From Acaryochloris thomasi RCC1774 (lineage in GTDB: Bacteria > Cyanobacteriota > Cyanobacteriia > Thermosynechococcales > Thermosynechococcaceae): 15,912 nt of DNA. The stretch covers positions 1 through 15,912 of the forward strand of contig NZ_PQWO01000047.1 in NCBI RefSeq assembly GCF_003231495.1, read 5' to 3'. Below the pieces are notes generated by a model, which worked only from the letters and a program-made list of their open reading frames with translations, was not told the origin of the DNA and made no database searches. Positions 8,036-12,878 of the stretch are shown here, piece after piece (within the stretch, counting starts at the first letter, position 1; every line of letters starts with the position of its first letter). Position numbers and translations under genes: made by a program.

Positions 8036-9715
8036 TTGAAGGGATACACCGACCGGCTGAGTGGCTGGAAGAGTTTTAGGCAATTCAACGGTTGGACCGT
8101 TGGGGTGGTTGCGATCGCATCCTTAATTGCAACGCCAATCCTCGTGGTGCTAGCCAGCGTTTTTTCTAACCAAAGCAACACCTGGGGACATTTAGCATCT
8201 ACGGTGCTACCGCAATACATTCTTAATTCCTTTGGCTTGATGCTGGGCGTTGGCGCAGGCGTTTTGCTTTTGGGGGTCGGCACCGCTTGGCTGGTGACCC
8301 TCTGCTCCTTCCCTGGTAGCCGTTTTTTTGAATGGGCATTGCTGCTGCCCTTGGCAGCTCCTGCCTATTTGCTGGCCTATACCTATACCGAGTTTTTAGA
8401 TTATTACGGCCCGATACAGACGGCACTGCGGGGGGTATTTGGCTGGCAAAGCGCGACTGACTACTGGTTCCCCAATATTCGGTCTCTGTGGGGTGCGATC
8501 GCAATGCTGAGCCTGGTTCTCTACCCCTATGTTTATCTGCTTGCCAGAGTTGCTTTTTTAGAGCAGGCCACCTGTACCTTAGAGGCCAGTCGTGCCCTAG
8601 GGTGCAATCCTTGGCAGGGCTTTCGCCGAGTTGCCTTACCCTTGGCTCGTCCTGCGATCACCGCCGGTTTAGCGTTAGCACTCATGGAGACGCTGAATGA
8701 TTTTGGTACCGTGCAGTACTTTGGCGTCTCGACCTTTACGACGGGTATCTATCGCACCTGGTTCGGCAGCGGAGAACGTCAGGCCGCAGCCCAGTTAGCC
8801 GCCGTCTTGATGATGTTTATTTTGGGCCTCATTCTCCTGGAGCGCTGGTCTCGACGGCGGGCCCGCTACTATCAAACCAGCAGTAGTCAGCAGCAGCTCT
8901 CGACCTACAGACTTGTAGGTCTGCGGGCCTGCTTGGCCGTACTCGTTTGCCTGAGTCCCATCGTGCTGGGCCTCTTGATTCCCGGAGGGCTGCTGCTGCA
9001 GATGACGCTGAGTGAGAGAACCGCTCGCTTTAATCAGAGCTTTTTCGAGTTAGCCAACCACAGCCTACTGTTAGCTTCCGTGACGGCGGCCATTGCAGTT
9101 CTACTATCACTGTTTTTAGCCTATGGAGTCAGGCTGCAGGGCAACCCGCTGCTGCGGTTTGGCGTCCGTATTTCGTCGATGGGCTATGCCGTGCCGGGGT
9201 CAGTAATTGCGGTAGGAATTTTGATCCCGATCGCTTGGGTTGATAATTCACTCAATACCTGGATGACGAACACCTTTGGCTTCTCTACAGGGCTTTTGCT
9301 CAGCGGCACGGTTGTGGGGTTGGTTTTGGCCTATCTGGTCCGATTTTTGGCCGTATCCCTCAGCACTGTCGAGACCGGCCTCGGCAAAATTCGGCCGACC
9401 CTGGATGATGCCTCTCGCAGTTTAGGCCAGGGTACTGTCGGCACCTTGCGCAAGATCCATGTGCCGATTATGGAAGGGAGTCTGTTCACAGCGGTGATGC
9501 TGATCTTTGTGGACGTCATGAAAGAGCTCCCGGCCACCATTGTGATGCAGCCGTCTAACTTTGAGACCTTAGCAGTGCGGGTCTATCAATACGCCGAGGA
9601 TGAACGCCTGATTGAGGCGGCGGCTCCAGCTTTAGCAATTATTGTGGTAGGGCTACTGCCAGTGCTGTTGTTGAGCTGGCAAATTACGCGATCGCGTCAA
9701 AGAAGCACCAACTAA
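8036..9715 (+). CDS. futB: Fe(3+)-type ABC transporter permease, fused duplicate (FutB/FbpB/HitB-like)
   Basis: 559-aa ORF. The only in-frame start after the stop at 8015-8017 is TTG 8036. It has two homologous six-TM halves, each with an EAA loop (LEASRALGCNPWQGFRRVALPLARPAI; DDASRSLGQGTVGTLRKIHVPIMEGSL). The iron assignment is supported by the neighbouring FTR1 and ferritin-like genes, but a ThiP-like specificity cannot be excluded. Confidence 0.75.
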   Translation: MKGYTDRLSGWKSFRQFNGWTVGVVAIASLIATPILVVLASVFSNQSNTWGHLASTVLPQYILNSFGLMLGVGAGVLLLGVGTAWLVTLCSFPGSRFFEWALLLPLAAPAYLLAYTYTEFLDYYGPIQTALRGVFGWQSATDYWFPNIRSLWGAIAMLSLVLYPYVYLLARVAFLEQATCTLEASRALGCNPWQGFRRVALPLARPAITAGLALALMETLNDFGTVQYFGVSTFTTGIYRTWFGSGERQAAAQLAAVLMMFILGLILLERWSRRRARYYQTSSSQQQLSTYRLVGLRACLAVLVCLSPIVLGLLIPGGLLLQMTLSERTARFNQSFFELANHSLLLASVTAAIAVLLSLFLAYGVRLQGNPLLRFGVRISSMGYAVPGSVIAVGILIPIAWVDNSLNTWMTNTFGFSTGLLLSGTVVGLVLAYLVRFLAVSLSTVETGLGKIRPTLDDASRSLGQGTVGTLRKIHVPIMEGSLFTAVMLIFVDVMKELPATIVMQPSNFETLAVRVYQYAEDERLIEAAAPALAIIVVGLLPVLLLSWQITRSRQRSTN

Positions 9716-9792
9716 TTAGAATATTTGAAAGTGGCGGCTTACAACCTTGTGACGGCAGGTCCTTGAAGAGTGCATCAGTTCAGGAGAAAGCG

Positions 9793-10212
9793 ATGGACGA
9801 TTGGTTAAAGCAGATACAGGGCGAATTTAGCACGATCACGCGAGATGTGGATAACCTACTCTGGGAGATGGCAAAGCAGGGTGGAAAAGCCACGGAGCAG
9901 CTACTCGATAGCTCTTTAGAGGCGATGGATGATATAGAGGAGCGGGTCGCTCCTGTCTTCGGAGATTTAAGCGACCGCCTAGACCAAACATTAGAAACCC
10001 AATTTCTTTATCTGGACCAGCACTTAACGCCCTGGCTGGAAGAAGTCTCTGCACCCGTCACTCAGACTATTAATCCCTGGCTACAGGACCATTCAGCCTG
10101 CATTGGCTGTCGTCACTATCACGGTATGGCCTACGGTAATAACATCTTAGTATGTGCGATGTATCCCTATGGTCCAGAGTCTGATGCCTGCAAAGACTGG
10201 GACTCTGTTTGA
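9793..10212 (+). CDS. Hypothetical helical protein with C-terminal Cys4 motif (139 aa; TTG 9763 is an alternative start)
   Basis: ATG 9793 is preceded by AGGAG (9782-9786). The C-terminus is C-IG-C-RHYHG-x10-LVCAMYPYGPESDAC-KDW (nt 10099-10191). This is a CxxC...C...C module recurrent at C-termini of cyanobacterial proteins. Confidence 0.6.
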   Translation: MDDWLKQIQGEFSTITRDVDNLLWEMAKQGGKATEQLLDSSLEAMDDIEERVAPVFGDLSDRLDQTLETQFLYLDQHLTPWLEEVSAPVTQTINPWLQDHSACIGCRHYHGMAYGNNILVCAMYPYGPESDACKDWDSV

Positions 10213-10399
10213 ACCGACAGCGCTTCAGAGAAATAGAGAAATCTATAGGGGTGCGATCGCAACTCCAACTCATGATTTGAGCGCGCCTTCAACGACCGCA
10301 GCACATCTTTACCCAAGCTCACCCCTTAAAAAGAGTTCAAGGCTGATACAGAACCCATCTTCTTGGGAACACTGCAATACGAGAGCAGAAGAGCCTGTT

Positions 10400-10759
10400 A
10401 TGAACCAGCAAGACATATTGAATCAAATTGTTGCAGAGTTCCATAAAGATCCTGGCAATCAAATCATCATTGGAATGACTGAACTGACTGAGTTTGCGTC
10501 AGAAGAAATAGGCAAGGAAGTAACGCCAGAAGATTTATGTGAAGCGTTACAGGCACATCACAACGAGCAAGCTGGAGAAGAGCATCTGAACATCGTAGAT
10601 GCAGCATCAGCACTCTGTAATCAAGTGGCGGATCGCTGCTGGGGTGAGTGCTTAGATGAAGACTACGATGAATGGGATGAGGTTGACATCAGCATCGATT
10701 GGGAAGATGTTGATCTAAATACTTCGGACAACCTGTACGCCACAATCAGGCCGTGCTGA
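10400..10759 (+). CDS. Hyper-acidic hypothetical protein (119 aa)
   Basis: An internal ATG of the 201-aa track ORF was chosen as the start. The 82 upstream codons overlap the previous gene, are P/S/T-rich and contain a HIP1 site. The protein from MNQQDILNQ is D/E-rich (ECLDEDYDEWDEVDISIDWEDVDLN). Confidence 0.5.
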   Translation: MNQQDILNQIVAEFHKDPGNQIIIGMTELTEFASEEIGKEVTPEDLCEALQAHHNEQAGEEHLNIVDAASALCNQVADRCWGECLDEDYDEWDEVDISIDWEDVDLNTSDNLYATIRPC

Positions 10760-10836
10760 TAATTTGGCTTCGTTGAACAAAAACAATCCCATGGGAGACC
10801 TGTGCATAGAGTGCCATTTTTCAGTTTTCTCAGCCC

Positions 10837-10870
10837 AAGGCTTCACTTTATTTGAAGCTTTAAATTTTTG
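10837..10870 (+). terminator. Candidate intrinsic terminator downstream of the acidic-protein gene
   Basis: Stem AAGGCTTCA (10837-10845), loop CTTTATT, stem TGAAGCTTT (10853-10861; one G-U pair), followed by AAATTTTTG. The stem is weak and AT-rich. Confidence 0.35.
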
Positions 10871-11015
10871 AGTAAGCTTTTGGGCTAGGGCTAGTCCTGG
10901 TCATTTTGCATGTTCTAGACCCGGATATCTATCTCACTACAAATGCCTCTCCCTAACGGTTCAGACTATTTTGACCTAAAGGTAGGTTCAATCTGTGAAT
11001 CGGCAGCATTGATAT

Positions 11016-11111
11016 CTACCTATGGTTTCTATGGAACAGATAGATATTGCTGTATTGTGTGGCCGCGATGCCAAGGGTTGCCAGCGCTAAGAGAATTGAA
11101 AGACTGAGCAT
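11016..11111 (-). CDS. Small hydrophobic ORF, 31 aa (MLSLSILLALATLGIAATQYSNIYLFHRNHR)
   Basis: Below the ORF-track length cutoff. ATG preceded by the same GGAGCA hexamer (plus-strand 11117-11122) with a 5-nt spacer. One TM helix followed by a basic tail. Confidence 0.3.
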   Translation of the reverse strand: MLSLSILLALATLGIAATQYSNIYLFHRNHR

Positions 11112-11144
11112 AGCATTGCTCCTACTTAAGTCTGAGATCAGAGT

Positions 11145-11249
11145 CTACTCGCTGCGAACTGAAGTCTGAGCTTCTAGGGAGAAGTGATACCCAAAGACGC
11201 AGGCGATCACCCAAAAGCTGATGAGTTGTGTAAATAGAAAAGACCACAT
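11145..11249 (-). CDS. Small hydrophobic ORF, 34 aa (MWSFLFTQLISFWVIACVFGYHFSLEAQTSVRSE)
   Basis: Below the ORF-track length cutoff. ATG preceded by GGAGCA (plus-strand 11257-11262) with a 7-nt spacer. One predicted TM helix. Lies downstream of, and on the same strand as, the 117-aa ORF. Confidence 0.3.
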   Translation of the reverse strand: MWSFLFTQLISFWVIACVFGYHFSLEAQTSVRSE

Positions 11250-11360
11250 GACACGGTGCTCCAAGTTAAGGGTGTCGCTTTGTACGCTTCTTTCAATCAA
11301 CCTACAATTGACTTTCACTCGTTGTGTATGAAGAAGTGGGATTTGTACCTCTACTTATCT

Positions 11361-11714
11361 CTAGAGCTTGCCCAATAGTGTAGACAATTGCCTCACCCCA
11401 CTGGGTAGTATTGTCGTGATGGCCTTGAGAAAGTTTCCGGCAAGTTGCTTCGATATATGAAGCAGAGGCCAGCTTCCCTCAAGACTCCAGCTTTTACCTG
11501 ATCTGAAGACCGACAAAGAGGTTTTGGCCATTGTCTCATTTCGCCATTCATCTTGCTCAATTCCATACACGATGGTAGTTCTAGCTTTATTATCTCTAAC
11601 CTGTATCTGACAAAAGATATCTTTGTCGGTGCTCTGGATCGCCTTCTCAGTTTTCTCAGCGAACTCGACCAATACCCTCAGCAAGTTCGTCGTTGGCATA
11701 TAGAAATGGATCAT
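11361..11714 (-). CDS. Hypothetical protein (117 aa)
   Basis: The only long ORF in this low-GC stretch. No recognisable motif and a weak ribosome-binding context. Confidence 0.4.
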   Translation of the reverse strand: MIHFYMPTTNLLRVLVEFAEKTEKAIQSTDKDIFCQIQVRDNKARTTIVYGIEQDEWRNETMAKTSLSVFRSGKSWSLEGSWPLLHISKQLAGNFLKAITTILPSGVRQLSTLLGKL

Positions 11715-11766
11715 TTAGGTCTCAGACAACCCTCGTAGATTGAAGGTATCGAGGTTGGAGAACCAA

Positions 11767-12075
11767 ATGATAAACAAGAAAAGCCACCAAATTAATACCG
11801 CTCTTGTTGGACTCGCCGTTGCTATCCTTGGCTTAACGACGGGCCGCACGGTTGAAGCGAAAACCCTTGATCACGCCATTGAGAACCAGTCAGAGACGCA
11901 GCTGGTTGCCCTCAAGTTCAAGAAGTTTAAGAAAGGCCACCACGGTCACAAAAAATTCCATCACAGTCCGAAGCGATTCAAGAAAGTGAAGAAGATCCAC
12001 CGCGGTCACGACAAATTTCATGGCAAGAAATTTGTTGGCCACAAGAACTTCCATCATGGTCACCATTTTCGTTAG
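11767..12075 (+). CDS. Secreted His/Lys/Phe-rich (histatin-like) low-complexity protein, putative periplasmic metal-binding protein
   Basis: ATG 11767 is preceded by GGAGAA; the track start TTG 11740 is less likely. Signal peptide MINKKSHQINTALVGLAVAILGLTTGRTVEA/KT. By hand count the mature part has 14 His, 17 Lys and 8 Phe. The motif H-x-G-H-x-K-F-H recurs (HHGHKKFHH, HRGHDKFHG, VGHKNFHHGHH). Confidence 0.65.
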   Translation: MINKKSHQINTALVGLAVAILGLTTGRTVEAKTLDHAIENQSETQLVALKFKKFKKGHHGHKKFHHSPKRFKKVKKIHRGHDKFHGKKFVGHKNFHHGHHFR

Positions 12076-12512
12076 TTCTTTACTCTGAGTCCCTGAACCA
12101 AAACTAGCTGGTGATCAATTTCTTCGATTCTGTAGGTCCAGTTTTTCTGACCTAGCACCTCGCTGCTGCACACCCGTTCTATCGGTGGCGAGGTCCCTAT
12201 CCACAGGCTCTTAAGCAATATCATGGCTCTGCAGGACTCTCACAACGGCAACGGCCCTTTACCTTTTGAAGTGGGCCGTGGGCGTCAATATCTTTGCAGA
12301 TTTCTTAGCCCCTGAATCGTTAAACTGCCTTCAAAAATGCCGCTCTAGGTATTCGGGCCCTGGGACTTGAGGCGGTCTTCCCTAGTCAGATCCTTCCCAG
12401 CTCATCTGAGAAAAGAATGGCAGCCCTCTCTATCAATCCAAATCTGTAAGCAGCATAACGACTACACAGAATTGTTCGATTTCTATTATTTTTGACACGT
12501 AGAGGATGAATC

Positions 12513-12860
12513 ATGGTTTACCCTAAAACTGCTCTATATTCCCTTGGGCTTGTAATGAGCGTATTTTCCATTAGTCTTCCGGCCCTGTCGGCACCTCGTG
12601 CCAACGAACCGAGCGAGCCGACTGAACTCGCTTCTGGTTTAGGTACTCCCATTATCAGCTCCCGCTCTCCTCTAGTGGAGAAAACAGAGACATCATCGCG
12701 CTCAGCAAATAGTATCGAAACTCGCATCGATTTAGGTATTGATATTCCCCGCCAGTCTACATCCTCACAAATCTCATCTTTCCGCTGGCAGCCAGAATTA
12801 CGTAATGGACAGCGGCGGAGCGACTTACAAAGTCGTTCTTTATTCCAGTCTGAGCTGTGA
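12513..12860 (+). CDS. Secreted Ser-rich hypothetical protein (115 aa)
   Basis: GAGGA 7 nt upstream of the ATG. Signal peptide with ALSA/P cleavage context. The remainder is low-complexity and S/T/E/R-rich, and probably disordered. Confidence 0.45.
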   Translation: MVYPKTALYSLGLVMSVFSISLPALSAPRANEPSEPTELASGLGTPIISSRSPLVEKTETSSRSANSIETRIDLGIDIPRQSTSSQISSFRWQPELRNGQRRSDLQSRSLFQSEL

Positions 12861-12878
12861 GATTGCTAGTTCGACGAT

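Noticed and set aside
8036-9715. FutB-like permease without an adjacent ATPase or substrate-binding protein, considered as an anomaly
   Set aside because: In Synechocystis PCC 6803 the futA1, futA2, futB and futC genes are dispersed, so an isolated futB is normal for cyanobacteria.
10154-10399. N-terminal 82-codon extension of the acidic-protein ORF (201-aa version)
   Set aside because: It overlaps the 3' end of the preceding gene by 59 nt, is P/S/T-rich, contains a HIP1 site and carries no motif. The internal ATG 10400 is preferred.
12133-12154. Hairpin TAGGTCCAG-TTTTT-CTGACCTA about 58 nt downstream of the His-rich gene
   Set aside because: The stem is reasonable (8 bp with one bulge), but it is followed by GC-rich sequence and no U-tract. 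Its function as a terminator or RNA element is unproven.
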